The notes under the pieces were generated by a model. The model had not been told where the DNA came from and did no database searches. It saw only the letters and a program-made list of their open reading frames with translations. Made by a program: the position numbers and the translations under genes. A DNA stretch of 61,338 nucleotides, filler included, from Circinaria calcarea (Eukaryota), in assembly GCA_051942165.1 (NCBI GenBank). It is 6 parts of 6 records of this genome, joined end to end, with 100 filler letters (N's around TTAATTAATTAA, not from the genome) between each part and the next. Parts side by side here need not be neighbours in the genome. Positions count along the whole stretch, not along the records: positions 30,753 to 40,888 come from JAVECS010000842.1; positions 40,989 to 51,123 come from JAVECS010000843.1; 4 more parts are not named here. One strand, written 5' to 3'. Position 1 is the first letter of the stretch. Every line of letters begins with the position of its first letter. This document shows positions 37,482 through 51,223 of the stretch, in pieces.

Positions 37482-39316
37482 GGTAAGCGCGGAGGGGAGG
37501 ATAATAGGTAGAAGAAGAAAGTTGGGTGTTGCTGCCGGAAATGGATAGACGGTCGTCGAGTCAGCAGTATTTAAGATTGCTTAATTCTGGACGGATATAT
37601 AATAAACGGAGAGAGAGAGTATTCGGGTATAAAAAGTGGCTCACATACGGCCTCTGGCTGAAGGAGTGAAAACTTTATGTCAACAGACCCTTTCGAGTGA
37701 CACTGCATATCCCCAAGCTATACCTTAAGCCCTTTGGCTGATAGATACATACCTTAGCGACCACGTACGGCGGCTAAACGACACTGACGGTCTTATATTG
37801 ATACACTCCACCGGAAAGTCACAAGTAAGGCAGGCGTGTTCTATTCGACGAAAGCTACACCGAATCCTACAGGATCGACAGAACAGCCGATGTTAGCGAC
37901 AAACACGCATAAGAAGGTGCAGTTCTCCGTTTCCCGTCGGGCGCTTCGCCTATCTCTCAAGTCCACAGATTGGCACGCCTTGGGGGTGCTAAAGGTGCGG
38001 GATGCACATTGTCGAGGACATGGCGACAGCGTCGGGGGAACTCGGGGCCAGCTACCTACATCCGTACTCAAAGCCACGGGAGTAGATATTGACCCTGGCC
38101 CTGACCCTGACCCGGGAATGGTGCTGACCCAATCTAACCCGTGTACGGAGGAGTGCAAGGCTCGTTAGCTGCAGAAACATGCGGAGGATTGACAAAGTCG
38201 CCGGCGCATTGCTATTTGCATGGCAGATGTTTTTCGGGTGTTTGGTATTTTTATACCATGCATGCCCTGCAAGCCTCGTTGAAGAGAAGATGGTTTAGTG
38301 TTTGCATGCCTTGCGGGGGAGTAAAATCTAAGCAGCACTAAAGTACAAAGTTCCTGGTATATAGAGAAGAACACGTTATTATATAACTGCCAGTACTCCG
38401 CTCCATGCCAACCAAAGAACCTTTCTGGTTTACACCGGCATGCATCAACAAGGAGAAGACACAGCCCTTCGCTCCGCTACCTTCAGCCCTTCCAACTTCC
38501 CTCAACCTTCCTTCCCTATTCTCCATTAAATCACCCCTTAATTACCGTAGAGCACTCAAGTCCCGTGACCATGTGTAGATAGACCGTGAATGCGGTTAGG
38601 ACCGTGTTTGCACTCGCTCCGGGTCTAGCTTCCGCGTGTTGAATTTCAAAAGTACCATAAAAGCCGGATTGATCTCTCAGCAGTCGGAGGTGGTTCTCGT
38701 CCTGCTCATCCCGGAGGACGGGGTATAGGTGTCGATGAGATTCAAACGATGGGGCGAATCTTTGTATATGTGCAACTAGGGAAATGGCGCATATACCTCG
38801 AAGGTCGGTTTTAGAGCATCGTGAGTACCACACTGCTGGATACGCCAGATTTCCTCTCCAATACCTCGGATAAACGTATTTATATATGAGTGTTGCAACC
38901 GGATCTTTTCCCCGCCGAGGGTATTCACACCGCAAGTGTTAGCAGGTGTTGAAGGCAGGTGTTGCTTTCCAGCCCTAATCCTGAGGGTATAAGTTCTTGC
39001 TCCAGCTCGACCTTTGCCATCCTTCCTACACATCCACAAACCACAACCATAACTTTCCACGAACGCACTGGATACAAATCCATTGCATTGCATCTTGCTT
39101 TCTTGATCATTCAGGATAGCATCTCTTTCTTCACGGTGGAAAAGCTGGCTGGTTTAAGGATTCTTCCATCCGACTTCATACTTCGTACCACACTCAAGCC
39201 TTCTTCTCTTATCATAACATACCATTCCTCCTACATCGGTCCAACATCAACCCACCACCTGATCCTCAACTCATCGGACACTGGTTAGACCTCAAGTCTT
39301 TTCAGTCTTCGATATC

Positions 39317-40888
39317 ATGAAATCCAAGATGATTTCCTGGCTTAGGAGCCACCTCGTCAAGGACCAAGGGCAACCGAAGGTGAGTCAGCAACCATTGATA
39401 TCAGGACGCTGCTAAGCTCCAAGCAGCCCATCAATCTAGACAAAAATATTCCGAAGCTGGCACGCCTCTCCAAAGCTATAGCCAAGGCAAGCCGGTTTTT
39501 ACACAAGGATGCAATTGAGAATGTTGAAGTGGGTCACATATTTTTGCTCTCGCCTCTGATATACCGACCACCTACTGACATGCAACCAGGCCAATCAGCC
39601 ATTGATGGCAAGCAATCTGCACCGAACTGGAGTACTTGACGGTGTTGAAGTTGATTCCCGAAGCGAGGCACGTGGCTGGGTTGGAACCTATCAAGTCAAC
39701 ACTCCAATTCCGGAAGAAGGTTCCAACTTGTGTCAACAAAACCCGCAGGCACTTACCTCCGGCCACGATGTTGCACACTATGGAGATGTGAGTACACTAT
39801 GGCTGTTCTAAGGTGTCCTGATCTGTCCCAAGTAGTCACTAACCTTTCATAGGCTCTCAATAACAGGCCGGCAGACAACGACCAGGACCATCCTGCTGTC
39901 AAGGCATCGGAACCAAGCAGCGTTGTCAGAGCTGCGTTAGTGGATAATACTAAATTCCTCGTTGATCTTGTTGACCCTGGAACACATACGGAATCCCCAA
40001 TTGTTGCAACGAGAAATCCCGAGACACCCATTCACTTACGAGACGTATCGAAGTCAACGGCTGAAAGCTTTTCCTACAGCCCCGTAAGCCAAGAACCTTC
40101 CTCAAGCCACTCATCCTTAGCGAGCACCACCGGGTACAGTGCTTTCGATATCTTCGAACCACGTGACCCAGGGACAGCCAAAGAGGGGTATGTCCATGAA
40201 CCAGTAAATGAGGTAGAATCTCATGTATCGGGAGAGACGAACTATGCCCGATTTATCCCGTTTACCAATGGCGAATCCGACCAAGTATCTGTCTGCACTG
40301 TGGTTGTCAATGAGGAAGCTGGCAGGAAGCAGATTTCGGGTCTCCGTCGTCGTCAAGCCTCAAAGGATCTGCATACTTTGTTTGTGGCGAAGCTTGATCG
40401 TGCAGAGGATATACCATCATCTGATAAAGATCATGTATCAGCCGTGCCTGGTATGCCGGCTCAAGAGGAGGAGACTGCCATTCCTGAGCGCAAATTCAAT
40501 GCTATGCTCGAAGAGATTGAATCTGCATATGCAAAGCAGATTGCAGATCTCAAAGAGGAGCACCAAGATGCATCAAGTCAGCTGATATCAAACAGCATAA
40601 GAGTGAAGACTGCTATCTCCGGCCTTAGGCAGACTAGTGGCCAAATGCAACAGCGATTTAGGGATGAGGTAAATGCAAAGGAGATTGCAGAAAGACGGTG
40701 TCAAGAGCTCGGCGAGCAATTGAAGTTCAAGGACTCCCAAGTCGAGAGAATGACCTCTGCCCTGCAGGCTCGTCAAGTGTCTTATGACGAACTGATGGGT
40801 CGATACACTGCTAAAACCAAGGTTTCTCAGGATAACGAGCAGACTGTAGCAGTCAAAGAACAAATGATTGCAGCTCTGAGTACGGGAA
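39317..40888 (+). CDS. Hypothetical coiled-coil protein, 3' partial (runs off the contig)
   Basis: ATG at 39317 followed by short GT-AG delimited exons and a long open exon with heptad-like E/Q/K-rich sequence. Confidence 0.6.
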
Positions 40889-40988
40889 NNNNNNNNNNNN
40901 NNNNNNNNNNNNNNNNNNNNNNNNNNNNNNNNTTAATTAATTAANNNNNNNNNNNNNNNNNNNNNNNNNNNNNNNNNNNNNNNNNNNN
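40889..40988. other. Artificial contig spacer
   Basis: Same 100-bp unit. Confidence 0.98.
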
Positions 40989-41978
40989 CTGGCAGCCATT
41001 GCACGAGAGCCCCCATTCGATTCTCCCACTGCGGCGATCGAGCAGTGGGAAGTCAACCACGCACATGAAGCGATGCGGGTTGCTGCCCTTTGAATCAAAA
41101 GTGTTGATAAATGGCGGGCAGGGCGGTTTCCGCGAACCCATGTTTCCCCTCCATAAGTTTCCCATCCATATTAAACTAGCTTTGTATTTTGCACCATCTT
41201 CAGCCTTTAGCTTTAATACATATCTAATCCACATACAAGTGTCAGATGTCAGTGATAAAAGTAGGGATAAGCCCACGTACTCTTCCATCTGTACACTTGA
41301 ATGATGTATTGCAATTCCCGCTTGCCTAGCTGACTCTCGGTCAACTAAAAGCCTCCGCGACGGTCGAATATGTGTGTCTTCCGAATATCGACCGGGGAGG
41401 GAAAGCGCCATGGGTAATTTAGAGACCTCATTATGGTGAAGCCCAAACGATATCCGGGCATGTGCCGGCGTCAGTGGTAGGAATCGCGTGTCCTCTATGA
41501 GGCATGTGTAGCAGATGCGACTGCAGGAGAGGAGGTAGAGCAATGGGCCGAAAGCACCACAAGCAGCGCATTTCTCAGAACACAGCTCTTTGTAGAGTTG
41601 ACGGCAAGATATCCAAGGGGAGATATTGATACTGAGAGCGGCGCGAATGCTGTCTGGTGCATGTGTGATGATTTTGTTATATTGGGGAAGCGTATCAATC
41701 GTGGATCTCGCCCAGCGGTTTACAGAGCGGAGTAGGGTCAAACTCTGAAGGTCAAGGTTGAGCAGGATTCTATAGAGCACTTCAACTGGAAGTGCGTCAA
41801 GTCTGCCTAATGAGAAGGAAGACTTTCGAGGAATACTGTCAATGCCGCTGTGCAACCCATTGTCAAGAGGGCAGTGGCACTCGAGAGCCACAGGATTAAT
41901 AATAGCACCTCTGGAGTTGGTCCTCTGATGTGTAAGATGTTCGATATTTGCGGCTATAATATATTCGTCCAAAATCAT
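40989..41978 (-). CDS. F-box domain protein with Cys-rich region, 3' partial
   Basis: LGRLDALPVEVLYRILLNLDLQSLTLLRSVNRWAR; CAACGAFGPLLYLLSCSRICYTC; WGLSCNGC; probable in-frame intron near 41215-41277. Confidence 0.85.
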
Positions 41979-42843
41979 ATTTGCTGTCGGAGCATGTTGA
42001 TCGAAAGTTCGCGGCGCGACATAATGCTTGCCTCATTACCATACTCTATCTAAGAATGATAATCGGATCGGAAAAATATTCTTGCCTCAAAAATCCAACC
42101 CCTTTTTGAAGGTAGTTTGTATATAATCGATTTTAGTTGGCATTTTTTTTCTCGTGAAGAAGGTAGTCAGCCAAAAGATCCTCGATTCCTATCCAACATA
42201 CCGTCCAATCAACGGTGACCCGATTGGGCGTAATTGGCTTTTGATCACGATCCGCCTCGTCGCTGGTCCATATGACCTCACTTGGTGCCAGGCAAATCAG
42301 ACAAAGTAAATTCCGTTGTAAAGCAAAGGCAGGACTGAAGGCGTATTGCAGAAGCGGAGGATGCCCCGATGTGGAACATTGTTCGGGCAGACAAGAAGCG
42401 GGATGTCTGCATGGTGGACCCACCTTTCCCCCCTCCCCTAACCCGTTGCCATTTGATTTTCAATGCGGAGTAAAACCAACGGCCCCCGTCTCCCGCTCGG
42501 CCGGATTAACAGGGCAGAGTAGGGTGGGGGGAAAAATGCGTATGACCTGCTGCTACGAATTTCTCCGAATGTAACGTTGGAATTGGGGGGTTGCATGGGG
42601 ATTACTTGCCTAAACCAGAACAGCGTCGAAAATAGAAATTAGCACTGAAACAAATCAAGCTTTCCTCGGAAATCTATTTAAGAGATACATCCTTGAGGGT
42701 TCTGAGCAGGCGTGTTAGTAAATTACCAAAAGGGTGAAAAACGATTATCAGACATGTAACCATAGAATACACCAAGGCTTTTAAGTTGGGGTTGCTATCG
42801 ATTGCTTTAGGCTATCGGGCGATTATGGTGTAACTCGAGAATA

Positions 42844-44012
42844 TCAACGGCATTTACCGCTATATCTTCTATAATCACGAGACCCCTCCCCTGGCCAGCT
42901 GCCACATCTCCTCAAAATCCGCTAGTAGTTGGCGGGGAAGGGGACCTTTCGAGATATCCTTGGTATTCTGCTGGACCTGAGAAGCTTTACTGGCTCCGAG
43001 GATTACGCCGTCACCTTCGCCCAACGCGGAGTCGTAGCAGAGCCATCTCAAGGACGCCTCAGCAAGCCCGATTCCATGAGAATCTAGGCTGGCTTGAAGC
43101 TTTCTGACGGCCGCATGTATGCCTGGCTTGTCGTATGTCTGCTTGTAGAAATTACCTTTAGGATTACCTTCTTCGAACCGGGTCCCCTTGACGTCGGTAC
43201 CATTGGTGAATATTCCAGTGAGAAAGCCTCCGGCAAGAGGACTACATCTGTTAATAGAGCCCCATCAGTCGGGAAAGTAAAAGTTTCGAATATACCTGTA
43301 GGCAATGTAAGATATCTTGTTCTTTCGCAACATTGGAAGGAAAGTGTCTTCATCGTGGCGACAGAGCGCATTGTATTGGCCTTGATAATAACTAGGTTTT
43401 ACATAGCCCTCCTTTTCGCAGATATCGAGGAATGACTCGATCTGTTCCTGGCTGTAATTTGACAGACCCAACTTTAACATGATAAGTTTTGTCTCTCAAA
43501 TAGATCCAGTCAAGATCAGTGTGAACAGACTAACCTTCTTGAACTTGTTTTGGCGGTAATGTTCATGAAGGGCTGCCGCGGTTTCGGCAAGGGGCGTCTC
43601 AACGTCTGGAGCGTGGCAGTAGAGGATGTTCACCTTGACTTCATTATTAGCTTAGCTTTATTGTGAGGGAAATCACCGTCAGCTGTAAGTAACAGCCCAA
43701 CTGTAAACACACATCTGCATTCAGTCGAGACAGACTGCCAGTAAGAGATTCCTCTATCGACGATGGCTTCAGCGAACCAGCCCCGGTCGCTCGAAGCTTG
43801 GTGTCAATCGAAAAGCCAAGCTTGGATGCATGGCTTTCGCCGAGAAGCTGTTCGGATTTGCCTTGAGCGATGAAGGGGTAAATAGCCGCAGTGTCAATGG
43901 AGTTGATGCCGCACTCTCGGAGTATTTCCAGCAATGACTTTACCTTGTCGACATCATCAAAAGGAGGCTCTCCGATAGAGGCCCCTCCGAACAAGATGTG
44001 AGGCCTAGTCAT
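42844..44012 (-). CDS. Aldo-keto reductase, aflatoxin B1 aldehyde reductase (AKR7)-like, 4 exons
   Basis: IDTAAIY, SIDTK, ILYCHAPD, LGLSNY, YQGQYNAL, AYSPLAGGFLTG, DGVILGAS; frame intact after splicing. Confidence 0.9.
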
Positions 44013-45721
44013 ATTGTATGAAGCAGCGTATAGCTGGGTTGGTGGAGACTCGAACGGACGAGTCTGAGGTTGCAGCGAGGTATCGGTCAGAAAGGTGTTC
44101 ACTATGCTTTTCAGTGTTCAGGCCCCAAGAGTGTTTGGGTCGCTATTTTCATGTTGTACAAGTGCACCCGAGCTATTCCAGGCGCGAGTCGGATGCCAGC
44201 TGTAGTCTGGGCTTGTCAAGGTGGGTAGGAGAGCGTCATGGGTGACAAATGACCTGCAGCGGCGGGATCACACAGTTGTACTACGCAGTATTTGTTATAT
44301 CTTACCTGCCCGGTTGTGTACCTCGGCTAGCCATTCTCGGACAGCCGCATTATCTGGCATATATTATTAATCTCCGCTTCCCAAGCACACACCCCTGTTC
44401 CCAGCGTGACACGGGGTATATTGCATACGGGCGTAAGGCAAGTTACCGTCTTTCGTGTAGTAACAGCGTCGGAGAGCGATGCCGTATACAGTACACGAGG
44501 CTGCTGATGGTGGGCTTACCAAGATACCTGAGGTAGGTGAGCAAGCCTCGTCGACTGCGACCCCGGGGCAGTGCCCTTGCGACGGAAATGGCATCTGTTC
44601 AGATGAATTGCATGCCTGTCGCAAGGCGTGTCTGTCGAGGCACACAGCGGCTATGCCACCCAACCTCGTGACACCAACAAATCCGGCCAAGATAACCGTC
44701 TGCATCTTATGCTCGTGGGAACAGCACTGGGCGGAGATCGAAGCTGTGCGCAGTGGAGCGGAGAAGTTGCAGGCAATGGGTCCGTCAAATTTAACTTCCA
44801 CCATGCCTCCCTGGGCTGCTTTGCCAGAGTGGAGCCTCATACACTCGGCTTATTTCTACCTGGAAAGATTCCCTTCCAACGGCCTCTTAACCCGTCATTG
44901 GTCACACACAACCTTCAGACAATCTCTCCATCTGATGATGGCCACTGTCAAGGCCCAACTTCTCTGTGGCAGTTTGAAATTTCTCACCCGTCATGCATGA
45001 GGGTTTTGACGTCACGTTTTCCTCGAGCCACAGTATTGCTCCTTTGGACTTTGGTCAGGAGAAAGAAGAAAGGCGAGGCGAAGCTTATTTATAGCACAAC
45101 CTATTCTGTGGACTTGTTACCCTATACGAAGCCTTCTTATCTTTCCTCTTGTTACTACTCCCTATTCAGCTTTGCCGAGCCGGATACGGAAGATCGAAAA
45201 GGTGGCACTGCTAGGTTCCTGGCGATGTTATGTTCCATTGATGGCAATATATGTCATCGCCGAGCACCTCTCGGGCTACTTTAGGGCCCCTCGATCGTTT
45301 CCCTGCTAAACTCTTTGATTGGATGATGAAACGATTTTCGAGCCACAATGAAACAACGCTCCCTGTCAGATGGCTGTGCTCTCCTAATAAGACTTACATC
45401 TTCCACCATCGTCTTCGCCGCCCCGGAAGTCCTTCCACTATGGATTGTGTTTCAATTTTGGGATGAAGCTGAGCCTGCTGCCTATGCTCTGCTGTGCCTC
45501 TGAAACAATATCGTCTCTGGGGTAGCAGCTTTGCTGCATTCGATGTATGCCTTCGCCGTGCCGAAAGCTCAGCTTAGGGTTTATGAACATAAAACCATGG
45601 CTCTCCCTTTGGCTTATCCTTTCTCCATTCTTCCAAAGTCCTTTACTGATAGCAATTCGTTATTTCGGTTACTGTTTTTCTTTCAAACTACATATACCCA
45701 ATTCCCGGTTTCCGATTAAGC

Positions 45722-47785
45722 ATGGAGCTCCGCGTTATATCCCGTTATTTGCTAGCATTCTTAATAGTCCCTCTTATAATGGATGCGGTAATTGTATTGG
45801 CAAATCCCACACCGCTTCACAACCGCGAAACCTCATCTCTGTCCTCAAAGTTATTGGAGACATTGAATGATTTAAGCGACACCCAGCCTACTCTGGACGT
45901 CTCCCAATTAACCCAACAGATCAACCTTCAAAAAGCCCAGATTGACAACTTGAACGCTACAAGCAACAAGCGTGACGTACGATCTGGGCTTGCTTGCACT
46001 GTCAGTCGTTTAGTACTTGGGGCCAATAAGTATATCGATGCGGGGAGCCCTTCGTATACGAATGAGACGAGTGAAAACTGGCAAGTCATTCCCGCGCCTA
46101 AAGCTCACGCGATTTATGCCAGATCTAATTGGCGTATGTGGATAGGTCTAAGAACTGCTGGCTTCCCGCCGCATGTATCTTGGAGGTTGGTAATACCGTC
46201 GATGTCGCCATTGCCTTGAGAATCATCACACTCTTCGATAGCAAGTTTGCAGTTCGTAGTGGCGGGCAAAATCCTAACCCAGGCTCGGGAAGTATTGACG
46301 GATCAGGCGTCCTTATAGATATGGCACATATCAATGCCCTCCAGATTAGTGCGGATACGAAGTCTGTCAACGTTGGATCCGGTGCCCGATGGGGAGAAGT
46401 TTACAAGTACCTTGATCCGTACGGCCTATCTGCCGTTGGTGCGAGAAGTCCTATACCCGCCGTGGGTGGCTTCCTTATGGGAGGTGGTAAGTCCCCGATC
46501 ACCAACATCTATGATGCCGAATCTAGAGGCTAGCAGCGAAGACGCTGTCTTTCGAGTTTTGTGTTTTGATGCTAATTTTATAAAAGGCATACCATTCATA
46601 CCAACGCTGTACGGTCTTGGGTGTGACAACGTCCAGAACTTCGAGGTATGTTTCCTGATACCGGGTTTGGGTTTCTCCAGCTGAACAAGCCTAGGTTGTT
46701 CTTGGCAACTCCTCGGTGGTTAATGCAAACGCCACAGCGAATAGTGATCTCTTCTTCGCTTTAAAAGGGGGAGGGCCTAATTATGGTAACCAACTGCCTT
46801 CGCGAATCTTTGCCAGGAAGCTAAAGTCAAATTAACATGGCATTTTAGGGATCGTCACCAGATTTGATCTCTACACGGTACCCCTTCACAATATCTGGTA
46901 TCGCTTTGATATCTACGACTATACCGACTCGCTGTCAATTCTTGCAACCACGGTGCAAATACAAGCTGCTATGGAGCTGGACCCGAATGCCCATTTCATA
47001 TGGGTAGCCGATAATGGGACGATCCTGATCGGCCTTATCTACGCAGAATGGACTGCGGACCCTGCAGTATTTCGCCCTTTCCAAGCCTTTACCCCGATCA
47101 GTTCTTTTATCCCCGAAACCAACGGCACGGTTTCTACTCTGAGTCAAAACTTGAATTTCCTCTACTCGACTCCGGCAACGTAGGCTCACCACGCCACCGC
47201 TACCCGAGTACAAAGAGCTAACGTACTCGCACACAGCCGCTTTATCTTTGAAATTAGCTACCAGCTCGACGTCGATCTCTACCAACAGACTTTTACCGAG
47301 TTTCTCGCGACTTCCAATCTCTCGAGTTCGCCTAGTGCCGACCAGTCCTACACCATCCAGCCCATTGGCAAAGCGGTGGCCGAAGCCGGTAACGCCCGCG
47401 GTGGCAATCCCTTGGGCCTATCTGCGATGCCCCAGACCTGTAGGCTGTCCCCATGCCCTCCACCCCAACCCTTCTCACCCGGCTAACTCTTGACGTCCGT
47501 CCGCCCTTAGGGTTCAACTCCGTGGCCCAATACTCGTCCCTCGCCGACAGCGCCGCCACTCAAGAAGCCTTCACCAGCCTACGCACAACCATGGAGCAGG
47601 CTGTGAATGCCAAGGACTTGCTCGTGCCTTTTATCTTCCAAAACGACGCAGGCTCGTCCCAAAACCCGCTTGCTGGATATGGTGCGACCAATCTCGCGAA
47701 GCTGAGAGCCGCCAGTCAGAAGTACGATGCGCAGCAGGTGTTCCAACGTAACCAGTTTGGGGGCTTCAAGTTGGTGAATGCGTAA
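45722..47785 (+). CDS. Secreted FAD-binding oxidoreductase (BBE/VAO-like), multi-exon
   Basis: Signal peptide, FAVRSGG, VGSGARWGEVY, VGGFLMGGG, GLGCDNVQNFEV, DLFFALKGGGPNYGIVTRFDL, KYDAQQVFQ...GGFKL. Confidence 0.9.
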
Positions 47786-48935
47786 CGATTATGGGGTTGG
47801 AGGAAGGCTGGGGTAATACGGACGGGCAGATTGAGAGATTGGCGATATGTTACAATCGCGGCAAACGGAGAGAGGCATTGCCAGGCTGATGAAAGAGCAT
47901 TGCCTGCAACTTTGAACAGAATACCCGGCAATGGGGGAAGTAATTGTGTTAGCGCCCCGTTGTTTTGTTTATTTCCTGTACCATCATCGCCTGTAATTAT
48001 GTAGTTTATTTAAATCGACGCATGGGGATAGTTTTTAGTGTAATTCTTTCCGAGCTGGCTTGCTGGTGGTTTTTGCTATTAGACTTACTATAATCGGATG
48101 GAGATTAGTCATTAACGTGCTACTAATAGATTAATGTTACAGCTCGTTGTCTATCAGTAAGATTAGTCAAATGAACCAAAAAGTTTAATGGCTTTAGCGT
48201 GGTGCTAACGACTGATACCCAAGCAGTACTGTATTTGAACCTCACGTGGGGGGGGGAGTTTTTGTCTGCACCCCGCCCCCACCATTTGGTTTCCCCTGCA
48301 TAGGTTTCTGATTCCATCGGGGATTTCCGTCCATTCGGGAAATATATCCATCGGAAAATTTTAAGGGTGCATGGGATAGATTGGCGATGCCGTCACGTTG
48401 CGGCGGAGCACGGAATCCTCCTCAGCTCTCAGCTTGAGCTACTTCGTATCAGCAGCACTGACGATGGCACCTTACCGCCCTGCCAAGTGTCGTACGGAGT
48501 ACGTGATCCTCTACCAGCCCCTCCTCGTGTATGCTGCCGCCCGCAACGGCTTTGGTTCCAAGTGTGCGGCGCGTACCCTCGGTCGCCCGTCGAACGCTGC
48601 AGTCACCACTCATGTATCACGGCCTGAAGGTATCATTGAAGTGCCAGGTCACCGTCAGATGGCGCTATTGCAGGAGTGGGTGTCGCTGGCGGCCATCCTC
48701 CTCTCCCAGCCCTTCTCCACTCTCAATCTTTCCGACTTCGTACTCATGCTTATCCTTTACGCCAATCCTGGATTTGTCATGGGTTTCACAAATGTGTGTT
48801 GTCCACTTTTCTTGACGGCGAGTTGTTGAAGAAGAACCAAGATGACTGCTGCTTTTATTGACGGTGCACGCAGTCCACCACAAGTCCTCGCTGGTTGTTT
48901 TTCCCTCTGCCTCCGACTGCCTTTTAGAAAACACC

Positions 48936-50345
48936 ATGTCTCTCAGCCCTGCGGAACTGGCCAGCGACGAGGCATATCTCAATGAGACCAGAGGGCCAGT
49001 GGTTATCGGCGTCACTACTATGCTTATAGTCTTGACTTCTGCCGCCGTTTCTGCCCGTGTTGTTGCCCGGCGCATGACTCGCGCCAAGATCGCTGCCGAT
49101 GACTTTCTCGTTTTCGCTGCGCAGGTGAGCATGCTGAGCTTGTTGGGAAGCCTGATGGTCCTAATTACAACCCGGTGCTCTCAGTTCATATTCTTCGGTC
49201 TCGCCACCGAGTTCTTCTTTCGTACCTCCTCCTCACGAAAGGCCCCAACCCCGATGGAGCGTCAACTAACTAGTAGCAAAAGTGGTACGTTACGGCATCG
49301 GGCGACACGCCATAACACTCTCGGCCGATGATGCTGTGGCCCTCGGGAAGGTATTGCTATGACCAAAGATTCGACTTTCTTATCCGGTTTCATCGCTGAA
49401 CACTGCCAGCTCATCTTCTCTCTTCAAATCACATACTGCTTCCTCATCACAGTCACGAAAGCGTCCATCTTGATGCTGTACCGCCGCATATTCACCCTCA
49501 ATTTGAAAGCTTTCAGAACCTTCTGGTGGATCAGCGTTAGTCTTGTCCTTGCCTACTTCGTCGCCATTATCATCATTGCCTGTACGCAATGCAGACCGAT
49601 CAGCCGACTTTGGAGTCTCACCGCTCCGTGTTCAACTAGCTTTATCCCAGCAGCGATATTCGGATCTATCAATGCTCTCACTGACCTTATGATCCTAATT
49701 TTACCATTACCATTGGTATGGGCTCTTCACCTGCCTCGGAAGCAGAAAGTTGCAGTCTCGGCCACTCTTTTGCTGGGGTTGTTGTGCGTCATTACCATTT
49801 GCTCCCTTTTGATTTCTCGGTAACATGGACTAACAATATTTGCTCAGGGTCGTCGTTATCAGTATAGTTCGCGTGCCTTACTTGGTAGGAGGTGGTTCAG
49901 ACTTCTCATGTGAAGCCCCTTCCCCTCAAGTTAAACCTTCCCAGTCAAGCTGACTCTGTTATCTTCTCCAGGGAGAGCCGTCACGGCACTGATCTGGACC
50001 CTCATCGAACCCGCCACCGCCATCATATGTGCCTGCCTCCCAGTCCTTCGGCCCCTTTTCCTCCGCGAAACCGGTCCGAAGAGTCCCCGAGCGAAAACTT
50101 CCTATCGACCATTCGGGCCGGGAAGCAAGTCGAGCAGCGAGAGATCGAACGCCAGCAAATGGAATTATCATTCCTGGACCTCGACCAAACGGGACGACGG
50201 GCAACCCTTCAACTCCGATCGCACCAAGCAGCAGCAGCAGCATTGGAAGAATCAGGCGCGGATGGATCATGAGCGGGTGTCGAGCATCTCAATGGAAAGT
50301 ATGCAACCGGAGCAGCACCAGGGGATTTCGAATCAGGAGGTTTGA
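48936..50345 (+). CDS. PTH11-like integral membrane protein (fungal rhodopsin-like domain), multi-exon
   Basis: SARVVARR...ADDFLVFAA, YGIGRH, TKASILMLYRRIF, QCRPI, TDLMILILPLPLVWALHLPRKQK, WTLIEPATAIICACLPVLRPLF. Confidence 0.88.
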
Positions 50346-50700
50346 AAAGAAGGAAACAGCGAAACGTGGCGCTGGTGGTTTATACCTTGACGGCGGAACT
50401 CTTGTGTCCATGTATTTTAGCTTTTTTTTTGGTCGCGCGAGCTTTCACATCCCAGGCGTTTTTCTACACATGTATATCTATGGAATACCGGCAACTTGTA
50501 GATAAGTACCATCGCGCAATATACGACTCTTGTTTTTTTTTGGATTTTTTTTTTTTTTGGAAAGAAGAACCAAAAATTGGATTTCGGGTTTCTTTTCGCC
50601 CCTGAATGAAATTGTAAGGGCCTCTTCTACCCGAGAACCCCTACAAACCCTACGGGTGAACTATACACCGAGGTCACGAGGTGTTGGCTTAGCGAGAAAG

Positions 50701-50944
50701 GTTTTCCTCGCGAAGCGTTACACCAGAATTCTTTAGCAATAATTTATACGTTTATGCGAACCCATTGAGCTCATTATCACACAGTTTACCGACCCCTTTT
50801 CGTAAGATCGTTATATTATTTGTAGAGGATCCTCACTTACACTCACAATGGTTACATTAAAAAAAAACCCCCCTTTTAAACGATAATTTTATCCCGGCTA
50901 TACGTAAGATCATTATACTATATTTCGGTAAAGGGTTCCTTACA
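50701..50944 (+). repeat. Dispersed repeat, copy B plus a partial tandem copy
   Basis: Homologous to 30770-30904; a second CGTAAGATCATTA...TCCTTACA segment at ~50903-50944. Confidence 0.8.
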
Positions 50945-51123
50945 CCAAAGGTTTTTTTAAAAAAAAAGCGGTAGTGAATGTAAAAAGCTTGGAATTATAT
51001 CGTAAGTGTAGCAGGATAATTTTCAAAAAAAAAATAGAAAAAATAGAAAAAATAGAATATACAAGGCTGCCATACTTCCGTAATTTACCTGCACTCTTAG
51101 GTGCCGCTCGCAAACAGTGTTCC

Positions 51124-51223
51124 NNNNNNNNNNNNNNNNNNNNNNNNNNNNNNNNNNNNNNNNNNNNTTAATTAATTAANNNNNNNNNNNNNNNNNNNNN
51201 NNNNNNNNNNNNNNNNNNNNNNN
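51124..51223. other. Artificial contig spacer
   Basis: Same 100-bp unit. Confidence 0.98.

Noticed and set aside
44249..45466. Overlapping 150-220 aa ORFs between the AKR and FAD oxidase genes
   Set aside because: No motifs or consistent splice structure; probably promoter DNA or chance ORFs
47179..47235. Apparent premature TAG in the FAD oxidase
   Set aside because: Falls in an intron (GTAGGC...GCTAAC...CAG)
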